A DNA stretch of 63,914 nt, the filler included, from Octopus bimaculoides (lineage: Eukaryota): assembly GCF_001194135.2 (NCBI RefSeq). It is 7 parts of 7 records of this genome, joined end to end, with 100 filler letters (N's around TTAATTAATTAA, not from the genome) between each part and the next. Parts side by side here need not be neighbours in the genome. Positions count along the whole stretch, not along the records: positions 1 to 15,219 come from NC_068985.1; 6 more parts are not named here. One strand, written 5' to 3'. The notes beneath the pieces were generated by a model. The model saw nothing but the letters and a program-made list of their open reading frames with translations. It did no database searches and had not been told where the DNA came from. Below, piece by piece: positions 1-12,250 of this stretch. The position numbers were made by a program, and so were the translations under genes. Position 1 is the stretch's first letter, and each line of letters starts with the position of its first letter.

Positions 1-2210
1 GAATAATTCCAAGTGGCTTTCTGTTTTCCTATGTGTTCGTTCCGTTGTCTGTAGTTCATTGTTCTAACGTCCTGTACCCTGATATGCATCTATATACACA
101 TGCAGATGAAAGTATATACATATATGTGTGTATACATGCATATATATTTTTTGTATTATATATATATATATATATACACACACACAACGGGCTTCTTTCA
201 GTTTCCACCTACCAAATCCACTCACAAGGCTTTGGTCAGCCTGAGCTATAGTAGAAGACACTTGCCCAAGGTGCTACGCAGTGAGACTGAACCTGGAACC
301 ATGTGGTTGGGAAGCAAGCTTGTTACCACAAGCATGGCTGTGTGGTTAACAAGTTTGCTCAGCAACCACATCTGACTGTGGCCATGCTGGAGCACTGCCT
401 TAAAGGGTTTTAGTTAAAGAAATCAACCCAAGGGCTTATTCTTTGTAAGCCCAGTACTTATTCTATCAGTCTCTTTTGCTGAACAGCTAGGCTACAGGGA
501 TATAAACACACCAACATCAGCTGTCAAATGATGGTGGGGGGACAGACACAAAGACACACACACAACAGGCTTCTTTCAGTTTCTGTCTACCAAATCCACT
601 CACAAGGCTTTGGTTGGCCCAAGGCAATATTGCCCAAGGTGCGATGCAATGAAACTGAACCTGGAACTATATGGTTGGAAAACAAGCTTCTTACCACAGT
701 CACGCCTGCACCTATTTAACATATCACAAGTATGTCTATGAAAAAAAAAAAAAAACTAGAGAGAAGGTGAGATAGCATGAGAAAGACAGAGGGAGAGACA
801 GATAATGTCAGAGAGAGAGAGAGGGGAGAGGGGGAGAGGGGGGAAGAGGGGGAGAGGGAGAGAAGGCATCAGATTCTTGTTCTCCCCATGGCATACAAAC
901 TTATCTAGACTCATGAACTTTACTCTCAGCTTTGTCAAGACAGATGGGGGTGGAGAGAATGAGGGCCGGGAGTGGGTTCACTGTTCATGTCTTGGCAACT
1001 TAGCTTTTCTGTAGGCCTTCTGAGACTGATGAGGTTAATATAGTGTGTGTGTGTGCGTGTGTGTGTATGTATGTTTGTGAGTGAGCGCAATTCTTGTTAT
1101 ATGTAAAGAAGTGCATTCACATAGACATATATAAATGGATTACATGTTTGTACATGTGAAAGAGCATGCATGTACATGAGCTTATAAGATATATATATAC
1201 ACACACACACACACGTGTATACATGCACGTGCATGAGTGTGTATAATGGTAAACACATTATCGTCATCATTTAATGACCATCTATGTTGACATAGGTTGA
1301 ATGGTGCAACAAGACTACTGTCTAGTTGGTGGACTTTACTTACACACACACACACACACAAGTATGTGTATCTGTTGTATATGCAGTTAAGAAGAACCAA
1401 GTGTAAATATTCATTTATCCCAATGTTTGCATATACACACTGGTGAAGGTAATATAAATACACATGAAAAAAACGTGTTTCCTTTCCGTGTGTGTATATT
1501 AGATACATGTATATATAGCCTCACTTATGTGTATATGGACACAACCACACACATTATCACAAGCATGAATATACATACATAGTTTGGTAGAACAAACAGA
1601 AGAAATAGAAATCCATACACAAGCATATATATATATATATANNNNNNNNNNNNNNNNNNNNNNNNNNNNNNNNNNNNNNNNNNNNNNNNNNNNNNNNNNN
1701 NNNNNNNNNNNNNNNNNNNNNNNNNNNNNNNNNNNNNNNNNNNNNNNNNNNNNNNNNNNNNNNNNNNNNNNNNNNNNNNNNNNNNNNNNNNNNNNNNNNN
1801 NNNNNNNNNNNNNNNNNNNNNNNNNNNNNNNNNNNNNNNNNNNNNNNNNNNNNNNNNNNNNNNNNNNNNNNNNNNNNNNNNNNNNNNNNNNNNNNNNNNN
1901 NNNNNNNNNNNNNNNNNNNNNNNNNNNNNNNNNNNNNNNNNNNATATCAGACAGCGAGAATGAGTGCTCAATACCGCATTGATGAATTAACAAGGCTACC
2001 ATTGGTTTCATGCCAGGAGAAAATTTCTCAGCAAATATCAAACCTACATCCAAGATGGAGACGAGTACCACTGTTCCATGTAGCAGGCTTGATAATTGCT
2101 GAGAAGTGTTTCTATTGGCATGAAACCAATGGTAGTTAATAATACACACATACACACACACTTTTTATATTCATATTTAATCAGGAGAAAGTGAGAAAAA
2201 TGATTCATAC

Positions 2211-2252
2211 ATGGCATGAAACTCTTGGTCCTTGAATCACTTTTTTAACTTT
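2211..2252 (-). CDS. Candidate 42-nt phase 0-0 micro-exon (KVKKVIQGPRVSCH), possibly of the same minus-strand gene
   Basis: Minus strand: TTTTTTGTCTTTCATTGCCAG|AAAGTT...TGCCAT|GTATGA. Only frame 0 is stop-free. No homology recognised. Confidence 0.35.
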
Positions 2253-3523
2253 CTGGCAATGAAAGACAAAAAAGTACATACACACGCACACACGCACACA
2301 CACACACACACACACACAATTGCATTAAATTCATTTTCCAATATATACAATACTAGTCATAGTGAATGTTTATATCACAACAGTGCTGAATATCTCGAGA
2401 CAGAGCAAGTTAATTAAAATATATGTACAGCTCAGCAGTTAAAAGTACAGGAAACATCATCATCATTGTCGTTTAACATCCACTTTCCATTATGGCATGG
2501 GTTGAACGGTTTGACTGAGGACTGGCAAGCTGGGAGGCCGTACCAGGCTCCAATCTGATCTGGCAAAGTTTCTACAGCTGGATGCCCTTCTTAATGCCAA
2601 CCACTCCGAGAGCGTAGTGGGTGCTTTTTACGTGTCATATATATATATATACCTCATCATCACAATCATTATTTAACATTCATGTTCCATGCTGGAAAGG
2701 GTTGGATGGTATGACAAGAAAATGTCTGGACCTGAGGAATGTTACCTTGTTTGAAAACAGGTGAGGGTTGGTGACAGGAAGAACACCCTTATATGCCAGT
2801 CCATCACAAGGTTACCCATTTACAACTGAGTGGCCTGAGGCAACTGGAATTAGTGTTTTGCTCAAGAACACGACACACAACAAGTCTGGGAATTGAAACT
2901 ACGATCTTGCAATTGTCAGTGCAACATTCTAACCATTAGGCCATGTGACTTCACAATGATTTTAATGTCTCAGAGGGTGCATACACAATCATCAGTGGAG
3001 GTATTTTATTAACATACTAAAACATCAATGTCTAACAAGTGACTCGGTAGAAGCCTACAGGGTTATCTACCATTTTTCCAACAACAAGCTGGCACATTCA
3101 CTAGCAGACTGAACAAAATGCTTGGCGCTTTCCATTGTCTTTACATTTCTGAGTTCAAATTCTGCCAAGGTTGACTTTGTCATTCATTCTTTTGGGAATG
3201 ATAAAATAAGTAACAGTTGAACGCTGGGGGTCAGTATAATCAACTTATCCCTCCCTTGGAATTGCTGGCCTTGTGTCTATAGTAGAAAGAATTGCTGTTG
3301 TTGCGATTGTGATTAACAACAGCTTAAGAAACTAGCAGAATCGTTACCTTGTAGGGCATTTCGTCTGTCTTGACATTCTGAGTTCAAATTCCACCATGGT
3401 CAAACTTTGTTTTTCAACTTTTTAAGTTCTATAGAATGACCGCCAGTTGAGCATTGAGGTCAATATAATCGACTCCCCCACAGACAAAAAAAATTTCAGG
3501 CTTTGTGCCTACAAATAGGCATA

Positions 3524-3892
3524 GGAGTGGCTGTGTGGTACGTAGCTTGCTTACCAACCACATGGTTCTGAGTTCATTCCCACTACGTGGCACTTTGGGC
3601 AAGTGTCTTCTACTATAGCTTCGGGCCAACCAAAGCCTTGTGAGTGGATTTGGTAGATGGAAACTGAAAGAAGCCCGTCGTATATATGCATGTATATATG
3701 TATGTGTGTGTATATGTTTGTGTCTGTGTTTGTCCCCCAACATCGCTTCACAACTGATGCTGGTGTGATTACGTCCCCGTAATAGAATAGGTACTAGGCT
3801 TCCGAAGAATAAGTCCTGGGGTCGATTTGCTCGACTAAAAGGCGGTGCTCCAGCATGGCCGCAATCAAATGACTGAAACAAGTAAAAGAGTA
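3524..3892 (+). mobile_element. Full-length tRNA-derived CORE-type octopus SINE (family A)
   Basis: A/B-box-like head GGAGTGGCTGTGTGG...GGTTC; CORE-like GGCACTTTGGGCAAGTG; internal (TA/TG)n; tail GACTGAAACAAGTAAAAGAG. Other copies: 184-335, 372-712, 7438-7640, 8100-8670, 12745-12945, 14845-15180, 24990-25190, 59050-59200, 59585-59903, 61200-61405. Confidence 0.9.
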
Positions 3893-3961
3893 TAATAGAA
3901 AAGAATATCTCTGCCACTTGAGGGCACTCTTACAAAACCAAAAAGCAACGCAGTACTCTCT

Positions 3962-4360
3962 TTACTCTCTGTTTTACTCTTTTACTTGTTTCAGTCATTT
4001 GACTGTGGCCATGCTGGGGCACCGCCTTTAGTCGAGCAGATCGACCCCAGGACTTATTCTTTGTAAGCCTAGTACATATTCTATCGGTCTCTTTTTGCCG
4101 AAGCGCTAGTTTACGCGGACGTAAACACACCAGCAACGGTTGTCAAGTGAAGTTGGGGGGACAAATACAGACACACAAACATATACACACACATACATAT
4201 ATACGACGAGCTTCTTTCAGTTTCCGTCTACCAAATCCACTCACAAGGCTTTGGTCGGCCCGAGGCTATAGTAGAAGACACTTGCCCAAGGTGCCACGCA
4301 GTGGGACTGAACCCGGAACCATGTGGCTAGTCGGCAAGCTACTTACCACACAGCCACTCC
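3962..4360 (-). mobile_element. Full-length family A SINE, young copy (CpGs intact), inverted relative to 3524-3892
   Basis: Reverse complement of the same consensus from end to end. Confidence 0.9.
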
Positions 4361-4384
4361 TTCATAACTTTTAGAAACATTTTC

Positions 4385-4712
4385 CCTATGTTCAGAATTA
4401 TCAAAGCATGCAACAAACTACCCAAGTCAGTCATTAGTGATCAAAACACAGCATCCTTCAAAATTTCCATGCTCCCTGAAATGCACCAAGATTACTCTAG
4501 GTGTGCCTCTGTACCCTTTCCTTTCTATGCTTTTTTTATTTATTCATTGATCACTTTTCTGTCTTCTTGTCTTTTATCCTGTCTACTATACATGTACTTT
4601 GGCAAGCATTGCTGTCTGCCTTTATTTGACTGATAGCTGTTCTCTGACCCCGCTCTTTTACATTTTTCTAACAGGTTGTAGTGCACCTAAGCACAGTATA
4701 CAATAAGCTTTT
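4385..4712 (+). mobile_element. Possible CR1/L2-type LINE 3' tip
   Basis: RIIKACNKLPKSVISDQNTASFK resembles the xWNxLP terminal motif; followed by a T-rich UTR. Confidence 0.4.
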
Positions 4713-4750
4713 TACTACTACTACTACTTCTACTCCAACAACATATATAT

Positions 4751-4802
<52 letters not shown>

Positions 4803-4901
4803 CATCGTTATTTATTCATACCTTGACATCACCACACATATTTGATAGACATACATACATCAATATATATATATATATATATATAGAGAGANNNNNNNNN
4901 N

Positions 4902-4976
<75 letters not shown>

Positions 4977-5877
4977 TTGATAGATATCTAGATATGTATG
5001 TACATAAATACACAATACATTCCCCCATCAATCACCAACTACCAGCCTCACGCCCAAAAGACACAAAAGACACTCATCTGTTCTTTGTTTTAAACATAAT
5101 GGAAGATGTTTTAAAATTTCCTTGTTCATCACCATTGTTGTCCATGGCAACTATAGCAGTAGCAGTGGTGGAGGAGGAGTGGTAGAAGTTATGGCAATGG
5201 TGGTAGTAGTTGTAGTGGTGACTGCAGCATTAGTAGTATTATTATCATCATCATCATCATATATAGCAAGAGACAAAACCTATATATATATATACATATA
5301 TATACATATACACACACAAGAACAAACACATACGCATAGTAGTCAACACACATATATACAAAACAGTGAACACACGTACCAGCAAATATACACATTAGTG
5401 AAAAGACATACATATACATACACACACACATAATATATATATATATATATATATACCAGTAAACACACATATATACACACAGAGTATCCAGGTGTAACAT
5501 GAACATTAATTAATAGAAATTTTTTTACCAAATTGATTGCAGAGACATAGTGTAAGCAGAGCCCCTAGGGAGGATATCTAGGGATCAGATTAAGGATGAG
5601 ATTGGTTAAGGGATGGGAAGGAAGTTGGAAAGGATGATGGTTGGTGGGATCTGTGGAAATTTGGGAAGATATCGAAAATATTTTATACACACAGAAACAC
5701 ACACACACACATATATATATAGACACACACAATCATGTAGCTGACATTCCATTCGTGTCAGATCCTATCACCTTAAAAGCATTTACTGGCACAGTGTGTG
5801 AGAGTGTGTGTGGTCTCAACTTTCACACACTGTAAACACATCTAATGTACATGAGACAATGAGGTAGTGGTCTACAT

Positions 5878-6153
5878 CAGGGGTTTTCAAACTTTTTGAC
5901 TTGCGGACCCCTTTATATTTCAGGCTTTACCTTAGGGACCCCCTTATAAACGCTCATGAAATTTATACATAAATATTTGCTTAAAATAACATATATTTTT
6001 ACATTTATTTATTTAACAGTATTTAACAAATAGGTTTATTGTCAATTAAAAGATTTCGATTAAAAAAACATATATAAAATCAAATTCCCCATAAAAAGTA
6101 TTTGCTGTCCATGGACCCCCTGTGGTCCGCGGACCACAGTTTGAAAACCCCTG
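5878..6153. mobile_element. Non-autonomous hAT (Charlie-like) MITE, intact
   Basis: Perfect 16-bp TIR CAGGGGTTTTCAAACT/AGTTTGAAAACCCCTG and perfect 8-bp TSD GTCTACAT (5870-5877, 6154-6161). Confidence 0.95.
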
Positions 6154-6463
6154 GTCTACATGATAGCATGACCTGCTAGAAATAGGAACCAAATCTTCCT
6201 CACATCATACTGTCTTAAANNNNNNNNNNNNNNNNNNNNNNNNNNNNNNNNNNNNNNNNNNNNNNNNNNNNNNNNNNNNNNNNNNNNNNNNNNNNNNNNN
6301 NNNNNNNNNNNNNNNNNNNNNNNNNNNNNNNNNNNNNNNNNNNNNNNNNNNNNNNNNNNNNNNNNNNNNNNNNNNNNNNNNNNNNNNNNNNNNNNNNNNN
6401 NNNNNNNNNNNNNNNNNNNNNNNNNNNNNNNNNNNNNNNNNNNNNNNNNNNNNNNNNNNNNNN

Positions 6464-6782
6464 CAATCTAATTTGGCAGAGTTTCTACAGCTGGATGCCC
6501 TTCCTAACGCCAACCACTCAGAGAGTGTAGTGGGTGCTTTTACGTGTCACCCGCACGAAAACGACCACGCTCGAAATGGTGTCTTTTATGTGCCACCCGC
6601 ACAAGCCAGTCCAGGGGCACTGGCAACGATCTCACTCGAAAATCCTACGGGAGCCAGTCAGGCGGTACTGGCAACGGCCACGCTCAAAATGGTGCATCTC
6701 ATGTGCCACCCGCACAAGAGCCAGTCCAGGGGCACTGGCAACGATCTTACTTGGCTTGCCGGGTCTTCTCACGCACAGCACA
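6464..6782 (-). mobile_element. RTE 3'-UTR copy reaching the ORF tip
   Basis: Colinear with 61880-62380; internal tandem duplication of GCCACCCGCACAAG(A)GCCAGTCCAGGGGCACTGGCAACGATCT. Confidence 0.75.
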
Positions 6783-7642
6783 TTGTCTTGTCTTTGATTC
6801 CTTGCTCAAAAGCATAAAAGACAGGATGGTCATATCTGGAATACCTAGGACGATATGACTTTTTGATCAGGGTGGTCTTTGAACAAAACAACTAAATTTA
6901 TGTGTACATAGACAAAGGAACCTCATATGTAAAGCTGTGTACATGTTTGTACACATTTACTGTATTCTATTAACATGTGCATTAGCGGCAAAGATAATAC
7001 GATTATGTTAAATTCTTTCAATACTACATTTCTGTTGAAATACATCATGTCTGTTTCAATTACTTTTGAAAATAATGAAGAATTTAGTAAAACAACTTTG
7101 TTTTTATTCACGTTGGTGTCTGGAATATGAATTAGCATAAAATTTGGATGGAAGGCTTTTAATTTAGATTAATTTTGAAACAGGAAGTTTTTATCATAGA
7201 GCCAGGGGTGGCTTCTAGCTGGTTGATATCAAAAGGGTTAATTATGTGTTACAGAATACACCCAGTTGTGTGTATATGTGATAACATTGTATGTATGCGT
7301 GCGTGTATGAATAATAGCTGGGTTTTCCATAAAAGAACTTTGTCTGGAATCTGTCCTGGAGAGGAACTTTTCTGGGAGAGACACACAGTTGACTCTGAGC
7401 AATGGAAACCTGGGGATGTAGTCTTTCAATTAAGTATTCTTATAGTCTTTTGTTCCAGTCATTTGACTGCGGCCATGCTGGAGCACTGCCTTTAGTCAAA
7501 CAAATTAACCCCAGTACTTATTCTTTGTAAGCCTCACATTTATTCTTTCGGTCTCTTGCCGAATCGCCAACTTACGGGGATGTACACACACCAGCATCAG
7601 TTGTCAAAATGGTGGGGGGGACAAACACAGACACACAAGCAT

Positions 7643-7696
<54 letters not shown>

Positions 7697-8257
7697 TTAA
7701 GGAATGGAGAAAACGCATACTTTATTCCTACAATTTTAACATCACAGATCCCTATGGATCACATAGGTTATAATCCTTTGAAACATATGTAGGAATAAAG
7801 TATGCAATTTTAACATGCGTTTTCTTCATTCCTTAAATTCTTAAATATACTCAAATACCCAAAATTTCTAGGAGTTCCTGCCTTAAAAACAAGAACTACA
7901 CCACAGTTATTTTGTGTTCTTTGCTACATTGGTTTCTATTAAGCCATTTATTCTATCCGANNNNNNNNNNNNNNNNNNNNNNNNNNNNNNNNNNNNNNNN
8001 NNNNNNNNNNNNNNNNNNNNNNNNNNNNNNNNNNNNNNNNNNNNNNNNNNNNNNNNNNNNNNNNNNNNNNNNNNNNNNNNNNNNNNNNNNNNNNNNNNNT
8101 ATACGATGGGCTTCTTTCATTTTCCATCTACCAAATCCACACCCCAAGGCCATAGTAGAAGACACTTGCCCAAGGTGCAACACAGTGGGACTGAAACTAG
8201 AGCCATGTGGTTGGGAAGCAAGCTTCTTACCACACAGCCACTCCTGCACACTCCTGA

Positions 8258-8297
<40 letters not shown>

Positions 8298-8877
8298 ACA
8301 GTCACTGGACTCTGGCCATGCAGGGCCATGCCTTGAATATTTTTTTTAGTTAAACAAATTGCCTCTAGTACTTATGTTTTTTTTTTAAAGCCTGGTACTT
8401 ATTCTATCACTCTCTTTGGTCAAACCGCAGTCATGGGGATATAAACAAACCAACACTGATCATCAAGTAGTGATGAGGGACAAACAAAAAGACACACACA
8501 CATACACAAACACATGCTTATTGAGCTTCCATCTACCAAATCCACTCACAAAGCTTTGGGCTGTGCAGGGCTAAAGAAAACACTGGCTCAAGATGCCATG
8601 CAGTAAGGACTGAACCCTAGATCATATGGTTAGCAAGCAAATCTCTTAACCACACAGCCACACCTGCACCTAATTACTGCATCACCTGCAACACACACAC
8701 ACATACTGTCTTAAGGAAATGACAGATTGGATAATGGGATACGAGATAATAGCCTATGTTTGAATAAAATATATGTAGGTCACAGTTGGAACACATTTGA
8801 TTGCACTGGATCACAGATCATGATAGACCTGGGGCTACAGAACAACATTAGGAAACCCCCAAAAGATGTGAGCTTAC

Positions 8878-8972
8878 CTTAATATATTCCCCTTCCTTGA
8901 AAGCAAGTCCGTGGATGTCATACTGGTTTGAGTGTTCTTTAATGGCACGAGCCTTCACAGCAAAACTTGCTT
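8878..8972 (-). CDS. Internal coding exon (95 nt, phase 1 to 0) encoding the N-terminal half of an SH3 domain; best resembles the Caskin-type atypical SH3
   Basis: Minus strand: TTTATTTTTGTTGTTTTACAG|AA...ATTAAG|GTAAGC. Translation (E)ASFAVKARAIKEHSNQYDIHGLAFKEGEYIK. By eye, 10/24 identities to the remembered Caskin SH3 segment [24 protein letters not shown], with the same RT-loop length. Orthology needs BLAST. Confidence 0.8.
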
Positions 8973-9479
8973 CTGTAAAACAACAAAAATAAAGAATCCA
9001 TGAGTTATTGGACAGCTTAAGATTTTTTTGGGGGGGTCAGTAAGATTTGAGGGTATAACTCTTGGAGATGAAAGTTGGACAGAAAGATTGGCAGAATTGG
9101 TATTAACACAGTAGGGAGCAAATAGATGTAGTTTATTGTCCAGTTTCACAACATGACCTGAAGAACATAACACATCGTTGGTCTGAGAATGGAAACCGCA
9201 ATCTTGCGATCATGAGTGTAACACCCAAATTACTAAGCCACATGTTTTCTACATATAAATATATATCATCATTTAATGTCCACTTTTCCATGATTTTGTA
9301 GGTTAGATACAATTCGCTGAGACAGATTTTTTACAGCCAGATGCTTTTCCTGTCACTAACCCTCACCTATTTTGAAGCAAGGTAATATTTCCATTGGCCT
9401 TTTTAAAATATGAACAGCAAAATGGCTGGACAGGTTTTCTGAGAATTCTGCATAATGAACAGGAGTTGTATACGAGATA

Positions 9480-10200
9480 GTTGAGACTGTATGATGGATA
9501 AGAGAGGATGTATGATGGATAGGGGAGGCTGTACAATGGATAGGGGAGGCTGTACGATGGATAGGAGAAGCTGTACGATGGATAGGAGAGGCTGTATGGT
9601 GGATAGGGGAGGCTGTATGATGGATAGGGGAGGTTGTATGATGGATAGGAGAAGCTGTATGATGGGTAGAGGAGGCTGCATGATGGATAGGAGAGGGTGC
9701 ATGATGGATAGGAGAGGGTGCATGATGGATAGGGGAGGTTGTATGATGGATAGGGGAGGCTGTATGATGGATAGGGGAGGCTGTATGATGGACAGGGGAG
9801 GCTGTATGATGGACAGGGGAGGCTGTATGACGGACAGGGGAGGCTGTATGATGGACAGGGGAGGCTGTATGACGGGTAGGAGAGGTTGTATGATGTATAA
9901 GGGAGGTTGTATGATGGATAGGGGTGGCTGTATGATGGATAGGGGAGGCTGTATGCTGGATAGGGGAGGCTGTATGCTGGATAGGGGAGGCTGTATGCTG
10001 GATAGGAGAAGTAGTATAATAGACAGAAAATACCATATAATGGATAGGAGAGCCTGTACAATGGAGGGGAGAAGCTGTATAATGGAGAGAAGAGGTTGTA
10101 TAATGGGGAGAAGAGGTTGTATAATGGCGAAAAGTGGCTGTATGATAGGGAAAAGGGGCTGTATAATGGGTAGGAGAAGGCATAGAAAAAGGTTGATTAA
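9480..10200. repeat. 21-bp minisatellite (TGTATGATGGATAGGGGAGGC)n, ~30+ units, decaying rightward to ~10420
   Basis: Direct reading of the periodicity; explains four long ORF-track entries. Confidence 0.97.
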
Positions 10201-10982
10201 TATGTACAGCGAAAGCTGCATAAGGGACAAGAGATGGGTGTATAATGCATCAAATCAAGTTGTATAAAAAAAACACTGGTGTATAATACATAGAGGAGGC
10301 AATATAATGGACAGGAGAAACCTCCATTATCAACAGAGAATGATGTATAAAAAAGAGAGAAGGATGCTATATAATGAACAAAGAAAGCTTTATTATTAGA
10401 GACAGAAATAGAAAAAGCTGTATAACTAAAATGCTTGTTATGTACACATTTTGAAATTCTAACAACAACATACATACACACACTTGTTTCAGTTATTTGA
10501 CTGTGGCCATGCTGGAACATTGCCTTGATATATATATATACATACATTCATAGATATTAGTTCGCTCCTTATAATGATTATTGACAGGGGTTTACATGCT
10601 GTATTTCCATATTTGTACATTTGTATTGAAATAATATATCAGCATATATAGTCATTTATATTATATGAGTATATATCTGGACACACCCACTGACGGATAC
10701 ACAAGCTTATGTAGTTTTAAAGATGAATTATTAACAGATACGTATTTCTATCAGCATATGCATACACACACAAACACACACATATATATATATATATATA
10801 TCATCATCATCATCATCATCGTTTAACGTCCGCTTTCCATGCTAGCATGGGTTGGACGATTTGACTGAGGACTGGTGAAACCGGATGGCAACACCAGGCT
10901 CCAGTCTGATTTGGCAGAGTTTCTACAGCTGGATGCCCTTCCTAACGCCAACCACTCAGAGAGTGTAGGGTCTCAGAGAGTG

Positions 10983-11014
<32 letters not shown>

Positions 11015-11269
11015 TTAAATGCAGGGAGCAAACGGTGAAGTCATGTTTGAGGTGAAGAAAGAAGATGAGAGAAGAGAAAGGTGAGAGAGAGAGAGAGAGA
11101 GAGAGTGAATNNNNNNNNNNNNNNNNNNNNNNNNNNNNNNNNNNNNNNNNNNNNNNNNNNNNNNNNNNNNNNNNNNNNNNNNNNNNNNNNNNNNNNNNNN
11201 NNNNNNNNNNNNNNNNNNNNNNNNNNNNNNNNNNNNNNNNNNNNNNNNNNNNNNNNNNNNNNNNNNNCT

Positions 11270-12030
11270 TATGATGGTGGTGGTGGTGGTGGTGGTGGTG
11301 TTGGTGGTAATATTAATGAATGGTGGTGGAAGTGGTGATGATTCTGATGAGGATGATGGTGGTGGTGATGATGATTCTGCTGAGGATGATGGTGGGGGGG
11401 GGAGGTGAAGATGATGACGATGATAATAGTGGTGGTGGTGGTGGTGATGATGACGATAATGGTGGTGACAGTGATGACAATGATAATGGTGGTGGTGATG
11501 AAGATGATAGTAGTGGTGGTAGTGATGACAATGATGATAATGGTGGTGGTGGTAGTGTTGGTAGTGATGACAATGATGATAATGGTGGTGGTGGTAGTGA
11601 TGACAATGATGATAATGGTGGTGGTGGTGATGAAGATTAGTTCTGGTCAGTTGTGCATTAATTATAGTACCTATAATCACTGAGATTAATCAATTAAAGA
11701 ATATCACTGTGATGGTGGTGGTGGTGGTGGTGTTGTAGAGGTAATGGCAGTGCTGTGGTCATAACATATTGCAGAGAGAGTGTTATGGTGGTAGTACTGT
11801 GATATTAGTAGCTATTATTATAATGGTGTTGCTGTTCAACCCTAAGTAACCCCTGCTTGAGCAGGCCTAAGTTTTAACAAATACAACCATGGCCATCCTG
11901 TCTTTTTGTTGTGTTGGCAGTAGTAATAGTAGTAGTAGTAGTAGTAATGGTGCTCGTTGCTGCAGTAGTAAGGATGGTAATGGTGGTGGTAGTGGTAGTA
12001 GTGGTGGTGGTGGTGCTGCTGCTGCTGCTG
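11270..12030. repeat. Compound (GGT)n/(GAT)n/(GTA)n low-complexity tract
   Basis: Trinucleotide runs; similar tracts at 5160-5260, 14220-14340 and 15320-15540. Confidence 0.95.
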
Positions 12031-12213
12031 CAACGGTCAGGTGGTTGTAGACTGGTGGTGATAATGCATGTCTGTGAACCTAAAATTAATATCGATTCCA
12101 GGTGGAGGAAGCACTGGCCCCCAAGAGACCATCGTGGTAGAGATGGGGGGGGGCGGATATGTGGGTAACAAGAGAAGAAGAAAGCCAGAGATGAAAGGAG
12201 TGTATGTACACAT

Positions 12214-12250
<37 letters not shown>

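Noticed and set aside
11022-11085. Possible plus-strand exon GANGEVMFEVKKEDERRER with GTGAGA donor
   Set aside because: No polypyrimidine tract, the donor is the start of a (GA)n run, and it is on the opposite strand to the supported exon.
11015-12033. His-rich, Asp/Gly-rich and poly-Val ORFs
   Set aside because: These are readings of (GGT/GAT/GTA)n tracts open in several frames on both strands, with no splice or start context.
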